Shown: positions 29,405 through 38,034 of the stretch, one piece after another | Layout of the letters: each line of letters starts with the position of its first letter | How positions within the stretch are numbered: position 1 is the stretch's first letter | Virus record (IMG/VR): IMGVR_UViG_3300031088_000758 | Origin: a virus | Taxonomy: Duplodnaviria; Caudoviricetes | Direction: 5' to 3' (one strand) | Length of the DNA stretch: 64,000 nucleotides | The notes under the pieces: generated by a model | Database searches by the model: none | Told to the model about the DNA's origin: nothing | The model's input: only the letters and a program-made list of their open reading frames with translations | Made by a program: the position numbers and the translations under genes

Positions 29405-31393
29405 ATGACTACTAAAAGCAATAGTAAGAGCATTGATGAGCTTGTTAAGGAATTGCCACAAGAGAAGCAAGCGATTCTGGAGCAATTTCGGGAAGATATG
29501 AAGAATTCTCCTATTCGCAAGCTGAACAAGTTGGAGCGAGACATTTGGGGTGCTTCAATCACACGTGCTATTGAGTATCTTCCTTCATTCCGAGATGCTA
29601 TTGCTGTACTTAGTCCTTATATGGACGCTTCATCTAGCACTGCTTATACAGATAAGTATGCTCGTGTTGGGCTTTCTTACTGGTTCTTTTACATTGCTGA
29701 TAATGACACAAGGGCTATTGCGTTGCTTCATGAATCAATGCATGTTCTGAATAACCATTTCGCTCGTGGTGCTAACAAGAATATCAAGCCTAGAATGATG
29801 AATATTTCTGGGGATCTTGAAATTAATTCAAATTTGTCTTTGCTTCCTGGTGCTAAAAAGATTCTTACGGATTTCCTTCTTCCTGATCATGAGAATTTTG
29901 GGTTCCCTTATCACAAAACCCTTGAGCAATATTCTATTTTGATTCAGGATAAGCTTAATGAGGAAGAAGAGCAAGAGGATTCAAACTCAAACCAGGAAAA
30001 CGGTGATGGTCAAGAAAGTTCTTCTGAAAATTCCGATCAGAGCGATTCTAGCTCAAATGATAATTCTGAATCCTCAAATGATAACTCTGAATCTGATTCC
30101 GCTGATAGTTCAAGTTCGTCTGATGGTTCAGATTCAAGCGCTGGTGATGAGAGTAGTCAAGAAGCTGGTGGAGAAGGTTCTTCCGATGATTCTAGTGATG
30201 GTGGTTCGGGTTCGGAAGGTTCACCTGATGGAGGTTCTCCTGGAGACTCTAATAATGGTCAAGAAGGTGGAGAAGGAGACAGCGGTTCTCAATCAGGCAG
30301 TGGCTATGGCAATGCTTATGATTCATTTGTGGAGGATTTGCTTGGGAGAAAAAAGAAAGGTTCTTCTAACTTGAAGGATCTACTTTCTGAGAATGAAAAT
30401 GGATCTGAAAAATGTAATGGAAATCATTCTGATAGTGGTGATGGTCAACAATGTGATGGAAGCTGCGACCATTCTAATGATAGTGATGAGAATGGTGATA
30501 GCAGTGGGGAAGGTTCTGGAGATTCGGGTAAAGGTTCTCTAAAAGATTCTCAAAAGAACAGCTCTTCTCAGGGGAAAGCACAACGTGTTCCTACTCCTTC
30601 ACGTAGTTGCGATAGAAACACTGATGCTAGATCAGAAGCAGCTGATAATGCGGAAATTGATAGAAGCTCTATTACTGAACAGAATATTGCCAGAAGGAAT
30701 ACTCGTGCGCGTGTTGTTGATGAGATTAACAACAACAAATCACGTGGAAATGGCTCTAATAATGAATTTTTGAAGGTTGTTTCAGCCCTTATGAGTCCAC
30801 CTAAGGTTGACTGGCAAGAGTTGTTCCGTAGAAAATTCAACGCTGCTTTCAATAATTCTGTTCGTGGTCGTTCGCATTTATCATATAAAAGAATTGATCG
30901 TAGAAGTCCTGGAAAAATAATCTTTCCAGGAAGGATTAGTTTCCAACCTAAGGCTATGATGGGTATTGACACTTCTGGCTCAATGGACAAGAGAGACTAT
31001 GAAGCTGTTTTGATTGAAGCTGAAGGAATCATGAAAAAAGGTCTACGTGCCAAAGGAGCTTTACAGGTATTTTCTGTGGACACAACAATCAAGAATATTG
31101 AACCTGTAAAAAATGTGAAAGACATTAACCTTTACGGTGGTGGAGGAACGGATATGAGCGTTGCTTTTGCTTACGTTAATATGCTACCTGTAAAAGAAAG
31201 ACCTAATATTTTAGTTCTAGGAACAGATGGTGGAACTGATTGGAATAGTATTATTCGTCAATTGCGAAAGTCTGAAGCTACGTATACTCCTATTATCTTG
31301 GTCACTACGAAGTACGGTTATGAATCAGTACCATCAGAATTGCATGAAATTGCTGCTGTGTTAGATGTTTCAGAAGGAAATAATTCTTTTTGA
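29405..31393 (+). CDS. Metallopeptidase-like plus VWA-domain protein (DUF2201-like)
   Basis: TAYTD, HESMH, DLEIN; long S/D/G linker; IDTSGSM MIDAS, GGGTD, TDG. Confidence 0.85.
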   Translation: MTTKSNSKSIDELVKELPQEKQAILEQFREDMKNSPIRKLNKLERDIWGASITRAIEYLPSFRDAIAVLSPYMDASSSTAYTDKYARVGLSYWFFYIADNDTRAIALLHESMHVLNNHFARGANKNIKPRMMNISGDLEINSNLSLLPGAKKILTDFLLPDHENFGFPYHKTLEQYSILIQDKLNEEEEQEDSNSNQENGDGQESSSENSDQSDSSSNDNSESSNDNSESDSADSSSSSDGSDSSAGDESSQEAGGEGSSDDSSDGGSGSEGSPDGGSPGDSNNGQEGGEGDSGSQSGSGYGNAYDSFVEDLLGRKKKGSSNLKDLLSENENGSEKCNGNHSDSGDGQQCDGSCDHSNDSDENGDSSGEGSGDSGKGSLKDSQKNSSSQGKAQRVPTPSRSCDRNTDARSEAADNAEIDRSSITEQNIARRNTRARVVDEINNNKSRGNGSNNEFLKVVSALMSPPKVDWQELFRRKFNAAFNNSVRGRSHLSYKRIDRRSPGKIIFPGRISFQPKAMMGIDTSGSMDKRDYEAVLIEAEGIMKKGLRAKGALQVFSVDTTIKNIEPVKNVKDINLYGGGGTDMSVAFAYVNMLPVKERPNILVLGTDGGTDWNSIIRQLRKSEATYTPIILVTTKYGYESVPSELHEIAAVLDVSEGNNSF

Positions 31394-31452
31394 TCGTTGA
31401 GTGCCGAAAATAACATTGTTTTGAACAGCTTTAAATTTTCTAAAAAAGGCTG

Positions 31453-31509
31453 AGAATATAGCACCTGAAAAGCAACCTTAAAACCGTTGCTTTTCAGGTG
31501 CTATATTCT
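31453..31509. terminator. 24-bp perfect inverted repeat
   Basis: agaatatagcacctgaaaagcaac / gttgcttttcaggtgctatattct, 9-nt loop. Confidence 0.7.
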
Positions 31510-31729
31510 TGTTTTAAGCAATTTTTTCTTCAAAGATGTATTTTAGTGTCCCAACCCACGAAAATTTCAATAAGGCGCTTAAAACGCTTCTCATAGTTTC
31601 TAGCTTTGACAATAGCTTTCTTAAAATAAATAATTTTTATAGAAATTATGTAAGTTTAGGTTTTAAATTGTTAAGATACTTATGTTTGATGAACATAGTA
31701 AATTTTAAGAAAGTGAGAAAGAGATTAAT

Positions 31730-32827
31730 ATGGCAAATGAAAAGCAAAAAATGTTTGATGACCTTATTAAAGGAATCAACAGCAGTAAAAAATATAGTAG
31801 TAACGATGCTTCGGGCAAGCTTTTAGCTAAATTGTCAGATAAACCTTTGAATGTTAACACTATTTCAAGTGGTTCAATGGTTTTGGACGAAATTTTAGGT
31901 GGAGGGTTAGCACAGGGGCGTTTAATTGAAATTTATGGTGCGGAAAGTTCAGGTAAAACTTCTATTGCTTTAACCGCTTTGGGAAATGTTCAAAAAGACG
32001 GCGGAACAGCAGTTTTCATTGATGCCGAAAATGCTTTGGATCCGAAATATGCAGCTAAGCTTGGAGTTAATCTGGCTGAACTCGCGGTGGCTCAGCCAGA
32101 CTCAGCTGAGCAGGCTTTGAACCTTATGCAAGATTTGATTGAATCAGGAGTTGTGGATATCATTGTTCTCGACTCAATTGCTGCTTTGGTTCCCCAGGCT
32201 GAACTTGATGGAGATGCAGGAGATCATACTATTGGTCTTGTAGCGCGTTTGTTGTCTAAACAGTTGAAGAAGATGATTAAGCCAGCTAACCAAACAAATA
32301 CAACTGTTTTGTTCATTAATCAGACTCGTGATGCTATTGGTTCCTTCTCACCTTTCGGTACTCCTCAAACTACAACTGGTGGTAAGGCTATGAAGTTCTA
32401 CGCTTCACAAAGAATTGAGATCAAACGAGGTCAACAAGTAAAGAATGACTCTGGAACTGGTGACAGCAAAGAAATCATTGGTAACCAGGTGAAATTCAAA
32501 ATTGTAAAGAACAAAGTTGCCCCTCCTTTCGGTACAGGAGAATCAGTTCTTACCTTCAACCAGGGTATTAACATTCCTGCTGAAATCATGGAGGTTGGTG
32601 TTCAATACGGTATAGTTGAGAAACCAAACCTTCGTACTTATGTAGAAGTTGAAACTGGTGAAGTATTCGGTAAGAGTAAAGCTGAGGCTTTGGACAGGTT
32701 AAAGAATGATGAAGAGTTGCTTAACCGTTTGATTAAGGCTTCGAAAAAGAAGATTACTGATGATTTGTTCCAGCAAGACACCAGTTCTCAACAAGAAGAG
32801 GAAGAAGATTTTGACGAAGAAGAGTGA
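31730..32827 (+). CDS. recA: Recombinase RecA
   Basis: EIYGAESSGKTS, FIDAENALDP, DSIAALVP, FINQTR, TTGGKAMKFYAS, KNKVAPPF. Confidence 0.97.
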   Translation: MANEKQKMFDDLIKGINSSKKYSSNDASGKLLAKLSDKPLNVNTISSGSMVLDEILGGGLAQGRLIEIYGAESSGKTSIALTALGNVQKDGGTAVFIDAENALDPKYAAKLGVNLAELAVAQPDSAEQALNLMQDLIESGVVDIIVLDSIAALVPQAELDGDAGDHTIGLVARLLSKQLKKMIKPANQTNTTVLFINQTRDAIGSFSPFGTPQTTTGGKAMKFYASQRIEIKRGQQVKNDSGTGDSKEIIGNQVKFKIVKNKVAPPFGTGESVLTFNQGINIPAEIMEVGVQYGIVEKPNLRTYVEVETGEVFGKSKAEALDRLKNDEELLNRLIKASKKKITDDLFQQDTSSQQEEEEDFDEEE

Positions 32828-32859
32828 CCTTATTGTGGTTACATAGTATTTTCATAATT

Positions 32860-32909
32860 TGAAGCAGGACACTACTTGACAAATAATACACAAGTAGTGT
32901 CCTGCTTCA
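32860..32909. terminator. 19-bp perfect inverted repeat
   Basis: tgaagcaggacactacttg / caagtagtgtcctgcttca, 12-nt loop. Confidence 0.7.
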
Positions 32910-32923
32910 GTTTTGTGCTTAAA

Positions 32924-33036
32924 TTGACTTAAGCATCATAGTTTGGTATAATTATTATTGACAATATTATATTAATGTTATTTTTTTAAAATGTTTGTTT
33001 TTGTGATTTGACAAATGTTTTAAAATATGGCATAAT
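32924..33036 (+). promoter_or_regulatory. Tandem sigma70-type promoters
   Basis: TTGACT-17-TATAAT (32924-32952) and TTGACA-17-CATAAT (33008-33036), both with extended TG. Confidence 0.65.
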
Positions 33037-33073
33037 AAGAGACAAGAAACAAAAAACATCTTTGGAGGGTTTA

Positions 33074-34279
33074 ATGTCTAATAATGTAAGTGAAACTGCT
33101 TTACGTGTTGCTGTTGCTGCACGTATGCCTGTAATGCTTGTTGGTGCACCAGGAACTTCTAAAACTGCAATGGTTAATGCTATGGCGGAAGAAATGGAAT
33201 ACGATGTTATTCCCATTATTCTTTCACGAATGGCTGAAACTGATGTGACAGGTTTTCCTACAAAGGGAAATTACGATGATGGTCATGAGACTAAATCCAT
33301 GACAGAGTATGCTCCTCAGTATTGGCAGGTAGAAACTCTGCAAAAGAAGAGTGTTATTCTGTTCTTTGATGAATTTTCAAATGCGCCACCTGATGTGCGT
33401 GCTTCTTGTTTGACAATTATGCAAGATCGTATGTTCCCTAATGGTGATGCATTCCCAGAAGAAACAGTCATTATCGGAGCTATGAACCCTACTGATTCAG
33501 CTGCTGATGGTTATGATTTGGATAAGCCTACTTCAAACCGAATGATGTTCCTGAATTGGAAACCCAGCACAGAAAGCTGGCTTAATGGTATGCCTGATAA
33601 TTGGGGCAAAGGTGTAGCGAATGATAACGAGGCGAAATGGCGTGGACTGATTGTTAGGTTCATTCGTGATAATCCTGGTTCTTTGCATAACGAAGGAAAC
33701 GATTCTGGCAGTAATGAAGCCTTTGGTGTGGATCAAAGTGATTCTTCGGCTATGGCTGTTTTGCAATACGCTTGGGCTTCACGTCGTTCTTGGGACAATC
33801 TTAGTCGTGTTCTGGGAACTCTTCATGAACAAGGTATTAAAGACACTAGTATTGAAGATGAGATTATTGCTGGAACAGTCGGTTATGCTGAGGCACATCG
33901 TTTCCGTGATTGGCTGAGGAAGAATAGTTCTTTGAATGTTAAAGAAATTATCGCTAACCCACGTAAATTTAATGGATGGGCAGGAATTGTTCAGGATGAT
34001 GCCAATCTTATTCTTCGTTCAGCAATTGATAGCCTGAAAGACGAAAGTAAGAAATCTCAGTCTGTGAAACACTTTGAGAATGTTTTCGATATTTTCAGGT
34101 TGTTCCAAGAAAACGATCGTGGATCTCTTGCTGCTGGGTTCCTAGATGAGCTTACGGGTTCTGTCCCTAGTCTGAAAGGAAAAGTTTCAGATGAAGAATT
34201 GGCAGGTTTGAGAAAATCAGCTCTTACAGTTCTTAAAAGCTACCATGATATCTTCAACCAACGAAAAGTCCAAAAATAA
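33074..34279 (+). CDS. MoxR-like AAA+ ATPase
   Basis: GAPGTSKT Walker A, LFFDEF Walker B, GAMNP, NRM, SRRSW; start at ATG 33074 after GGAGG. Confidence 0.85.
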   Translation: MSNNVSETALRVAVAARMPVMLVGAPGTSKTAMVNAMAEEMEYDVIPIILSRMAETDVTGFPTKGNYDDGHETKSMTEYAPQYWQVETLQKKSVILFFDEFSNAPPDVRASCLTIMQDRMFPNGDAFPEETVIIGAMNPTDSAADGYDLDKPTSNRMMFLNWKPSTESWLNGMPDNWGKGVANDNEAKWRGLIVRFIRDNPGSLHNEGNDSGSNEAFGVDQSDSSAMAVLQYAWASRRSWDNLSRVLGTLHEQGIKDTSIEDEIIAGTVGYAEAHRFRDWLRKNSSLNVKEIIANPRKFNGWAGIVQDDANLILRSAIDSLKDESKKSQSVKHFENVFDIFRLFQENDRGSLAAGFLDELTGSVPSLKGKVSDEELAGLRKSALTVLKSYHDIFNQRKVQK

Positions 34280-34285
34280 GTGAAT

Positions 34286-34340
34286 AAATAGCTAAGAACG
34301 TCAAGTGGAAATAGTTGAAGCTTGACGTTCTTAGCTATTT
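34286..34340. terminator. 20-bp perfect inverted repeat
   Basis: aaatagctaagaacgtcaag / cttgacgttcttagctattt, 15-nt loop. Confidence 0.7.
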
Positions 34341-34443
34341 GTAGCTTAAAATAGAAAAACAAAGTGTCAAAAATAAACGATTAGATCATTTTTCTTTGTT
34401 AAGATATGCTAGATGAATAACGTTGTGTTGAAAGAGGTTAAGA

Positions 34444-36723
34444 ATGTCGGATGCTGGTACTTTGTATAAAATGGCTCAGAGGCGATTAGTTGCCACTTTA
34501 ATGTATGTTGGTCAAGGAGCTAATCAGGTTTTTGAGATTGTAAACCCTGAAGACATGGATGAGCCAGCATTAGAGCTAATATTGACTTCCATGGTGAATT
34601 TAACAAGAAGAAATGAAAGCATTAGCCCAATTTCTGTTGCTCGTGAATTAGAATCTTCGGGTAATTTGGATAAAGCTGGCGGAATTTCTGAACTTCACTC
34701 TCTACACTCAGAAGGTGAAAAATATAGTCTTGAAGCTCCTATTGAAATGTATGCGGAAATACTTAGGGATACTAGTGCAAAAACTAGAATTAACTTTGTT
34801 CTAGATGAATCTAAGCAGAATTTTAAAGATGATTCAGGAATAAGTACCGTAGATGCTGTGTCAGAGTTGCAGTCAATTCTAAATCAACAATTAGTTGGAT
34901 TATCAAATGAGTCAACAGTTACAAGAGTACAAGTTAATGCTCAATCATATGAAGAAAGAATTGAAGAGCGCAGAAGAATTAGTGAAGAGAACAAAGAACA
35001 AGCTGATGGACTGCAGGGAATCCCTTCATTACTTCCTACATTAAATAAATACACACACGGATGGGCACCTTCTCAAATGATAACTGTTGGTGCTAGAACA
35101 GGTGTAGGTAAAGCACTTAGTATTGACACCCCGATTTTGACATCACAAGGATGGAAGGATATGGGTGATATCGCAAAAGGTGATTTTGTTTATGGAAGAA
35201 ACGGTAAATTAACAAAGGTTCTCAATGTCACGGAACACCAGTACGAAAGAACAGTTTATGCAGTAAGTTTTAATAATGGTGAAAGAATATTAGCGGATGC
35301 TGATCATTTGTGGATTGTTGAAGACCCTGAAAGCCGAATCGGAAAAAGCGTTGAAAAAGTTTTGACAACAAAAGATATCTTAGATAATTTAATGTATTCA
35401 GACTACCAAGGTACTAAGAGACTATCTTATTCTGTAAGAATTTCAGAACCATTAATCAACAAACATAATGACAATCTTTCAAATCCGTATAATTTTGGAT
35501 TGCAATTAGCTGAAGGTTTTGTTAATTTTGCTCTTTTGGCTGAGGAAGATATGAATGTTGAAACGTATTTAAAAGAATTGATACTAAGTTCTTTTGAACA
35601 ACGTAATGATTTCGTTTCTGGTCTTATTGAATCTGAGAAAGATGATACTCCTTATTTGTATTTTGCTGATTTTGTAGTTGCGGATTCTATTCGCACTATT
35701 TTTAGTTCATTAGGGTATATGACATTTTTTGATTTTGATGAGGAATTTAATTCTTATCGTGTGTCTTTTTATTCACCTAATGAAAACATTTCAATAACTG
35801 GAAAATATTCAACGTATATTACGAATATTGAAGAAGTTGAAAGTGTTCCTGTAAAATGTATTGAAGTAGACAATGAAGATCATACTTATCTTGCTGGACA
35901 TTCTTTGATCCCTACACATAATAGTGTTTTTGCTGTGAATAACGCTGTGGCAGCTGCTCGTGCTGGAAAATCTGTTTTGTTTTTTACCTTGGAAATGGGT
36001 AATGATGAAATTGATGACAGAATCATTGCTTCAATGTCAGGTGTTTCAATGTCAAGGCTTAAAGAAGGTAATTTAAGCGATGAAGATAAGACATTAGTAA
36101 AAAAGAGTCTTGAAGAGTTAAAAGACATGAAAATCATGGTGGATAGTGATCCCAGAGTGAATGTTGACACTATTAGGGCACGAGCTTTCAAACAAGCACA
36201 ATCACCTGAAGGTTTAGACCTAGTTATTGTAGATTATTTACAGTTGATTTCACCTGCTGGTAGTTATTCAAGTAGGCAAGAAGCAGTTGCCGATATTTCG
36301 CGTAATATGAAACTTACAGCGAAAACTCTTGAAGTTCCTATTATAGTTCTTGTACAGCTAAATCGTGGAAAAGGTGATGATGAAGAGGAAAACAAGCTCC
36401 CATCACTAGACCATATTCGTGAATCAGGCTCTATTGCTATGGACTCTGACGTTGTTATTCTTCTTCACAGAGATGATACTTTTGATGACACAACACCTCA
36501 TACTCTTGTTATTTTGGATAAAAACCGTAATGGTGAGTCGCATAAAGTTATTAGATGTCATTCAAATCTTGAATGTTCTCTCTTCCGTGAAGTTAAGAGA
36601 GAGAAAGATGTGTCAGAAGAACGTTTGACAGATGAAGAAATGTCAGAACTTGAAGCGGACATTGATTTAGATGATTTTGATGGTTATGATTTAGATGACA
36701 ATGATTTAAGTTTAGATTTATGA
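34444..36723 (+). CDS. dnaB: Replicative DNA helicase DnaB containing an intein
   Basis: GARTGVGK|S P-loop, FTLEM, VDYLQL, QLNR, RESGSIAMDSD, KNRNGE. Confidence 0.95.
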   Translation: MSDAGTLYKMAQRRLVATLMYVGQGANQVFEIVNPEDMDEPALELILTSMVNLTRRNESISPISVARELESSGNLDKAGGISELHSLHSEGEKYSLEAPIEMYAEILRDTSAKTRINFVLDESKQNFKDDSGISTVDAVSELQSILNQQLVGLSNESTVTRVQVNAQSYEERIEERRRISEENKEQADGLQGIPSLLPTLNKYTHGWAPSQMITVGARTGVGKALSIDTPILTSQGWKDMGDIAKGDFVYGRNGKLTKVLNVTEHQYERTVYAVSFNNGERILADADHLWIVEDPESRIGKSVEKVLTTKDILDNLMYSDYQGTKRLSYSVRISEPLINKHNDNLSNPYNFGLQLAEGFVNFALLAEEDMNVETYLKELILSSFEQRNDFVSGLIESEKDDTPYLYFADFVVADSIRTIFSSLGYMTFFDFDEEFNSYRVSFYSPNENISITGKYSTYITNIEEVESVPVKCIEVDNEDHTYLAGHSLIPTHNSVFAVNNAVAAARAGKSVLFFTLEMGNDEIDDRIIASMSGVSMSRLKEGNLSDEDKTLVKKSLEELKDMKIMVDSDPRVNVDTIRARAFKQAQSPEGLDLVIVDYLQLISPAGSYSSRQEAVADISRNMKLTAKTLEVPIIVLVQLNRGKGDDEEENKLPSLDHIRESGSIAMDSDVVILLHRDDTFDDTTPHTLVILDKNRNGESHKVIRCHSNLECSLFREVKREKDVSEERLTDEEMSELEADIDLDDFDGYDLDDNDLSLDL
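35113..35922 (+). mobile_element. Class 3 intein (270 aa) in the DnaB P-loop
   Basis: Starts ALSIDTP (Ala1); ADADHLW, VKCIEVD, IPTHN|S give the W-C-T signature; eroded LAGLIDADG remnants. Confidence 0.9.
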
Positions 36724-36736
36724 GGAGTGTTGAAAA

Positions 36737-37141
36737 ATGAAAAAACCTGCAGCTAAACATAATCCACTTTTTATGAAAGATGAGAATGCGCTGGATTTTG
36801 GGGAAGATTTTGACCCTAAGGTTTTAACAGTTGAAGAAAAACAGGATGATTTTATGTCAAAATACATGGAGAACATAGATCCTGTGGGGAGATATGAGAA
36901 ATATTTTCAATCATCAGCTAAAAGTGTAGATCATATTCTTCGTGATGTTAAATTGTTCTACAAAAAACTTGTTTTAGAAGGTTCTTGGAGTGATCGTAAA
37001 TATGTTGAGGTAATTAACGATCTTTTCGAGAATAGGATTACTATTTCAGTTGTTACGTTAGATCGTTCAGGTTTGATGTATGATAAAGGACAGTTAACAT
37101 CTCAAAGAAAAGTTCGCCGTGGACGGGGGAGAAAGCAATGA
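36737..37141 (+). CDS. Hypothetical protein
   Basis: 134 aa, GAGGAG SD, overlaps the next gene. Confidence 0.65.
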   Translation: MKKPAAKHNPLFMKDENALDFGEDFDPKVLTVEEKQDDFMSKYMENIDPVGRYEKYFQSSAKSVDHILRDVKLFYKKLVLEGSWSDRKYVEVINDLFENRITISVVTLDRSGLMYDKGQLTSQRKVRRGRGRKQ

Positions 37142-37932
37142 TGGAAGAAGATATGAACGAATCTGATTTGTTTTTTAAAGCTGCTAGTAATGGTAAGTAC
37201 AGCTATAAAAAACATAATGAAACTGATTTCGAAAGATTCAATAAATTTCAAAATGAGATTGATGAAAGATATTCTGAATTGGAAAGACAGCGTACTTTGA
37301 GAGAGCGCATAAATAGTCTAAAAAAATGGGATGAAAGTCTTCCTGAAAGATGGCGCGGAGCATCACTTAGCAATATAGAAAACCCCGCTGCTAAAGAAGC
37401 TACTGAGATAATTAACAAACTTGGAAAAGGCAGCTTCTTCATGACTGGTGATGTAGGTTCTGGAAAAACTTATATAAGTTACGCTATTGTACGTAAATAC
37501 ATAGGAAAAGGTTGGACATCACGTTCCCAGGTCAAAATTCTTTCAGAAGAATCAATGCTCAACTTAGCATATACAGGATTCGAAGGAAAATCAAAATTTG
37601 AGAAACTTTTTGATTCTCGCTATAACGTTTATATATTTGATAATGTAGGCGAAAGAGGAGAATACAACATAGTTAAAGAAGTTCCTCTTTGGGAGCGCAT
37701 GATTGACCATATTTACAACAATTCTTTATCCGCGATTTTTACTAGTCTTAATTCTCCAGTTGAGTTTTCTCAATTGATGAGTGATTCAGCTCAAGCTAAA
37801 TTTAGCCATCTCATCTCTGAGAGAATCATAAACGTTAAAGGGTCAAGGACTCCTGTTTTAAGCGATAATGATGATGTATACACGGAGAAAAAGAAAAAGT
37901 CTGATGATCCTTTCAGCGCTTTTGATGGCTGA
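37138..37932 (+). CDS. DnaC/IstB-like ATPase (helicase loader)
   Basis: LPERWRGASL, GDVGSGKT, YIFDNVG, IFTS; near dnaB. Confidence 0.75.
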   Translation: MMEEDMNESDLFFKAASNGKYSYKKHNETDFERFNKFQNEIDERYSELERQRTLRERINSLKKWDESLPERWRGASLSNIENPAAKEATEIINKLGKGSFFMTGDVGSGKTYISYAIVRKYIGKGWTSRSQVKILSEESMLNLAYTGFEGKSKFEKLFDSRYNVYIFDNVGERGEYNIVKEVPLWERMIDHIYNNSLSAIFTSLNSPVEFSQLMSDSAQAKFSHLISERIINVKGSRTPVLSDNDDVYTEKKKKSDDPFSAFDG

Positions 37933-38034
37933 TGCGTTGATTTATCTTTAAAAAACAGTTTTTATGGGGTTTTTTGGTGTTTAAATTGGTAAGATTAAAA
38001 AGTTATTAGTTTTAGATAAGTGTGGGAGAAAGAT

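Noticed and set aside
29940-30600. Tandem DNA repeat or array
   Set aside because: Low-complexity Ser/Asp/Gly coding linker with no regular unit.
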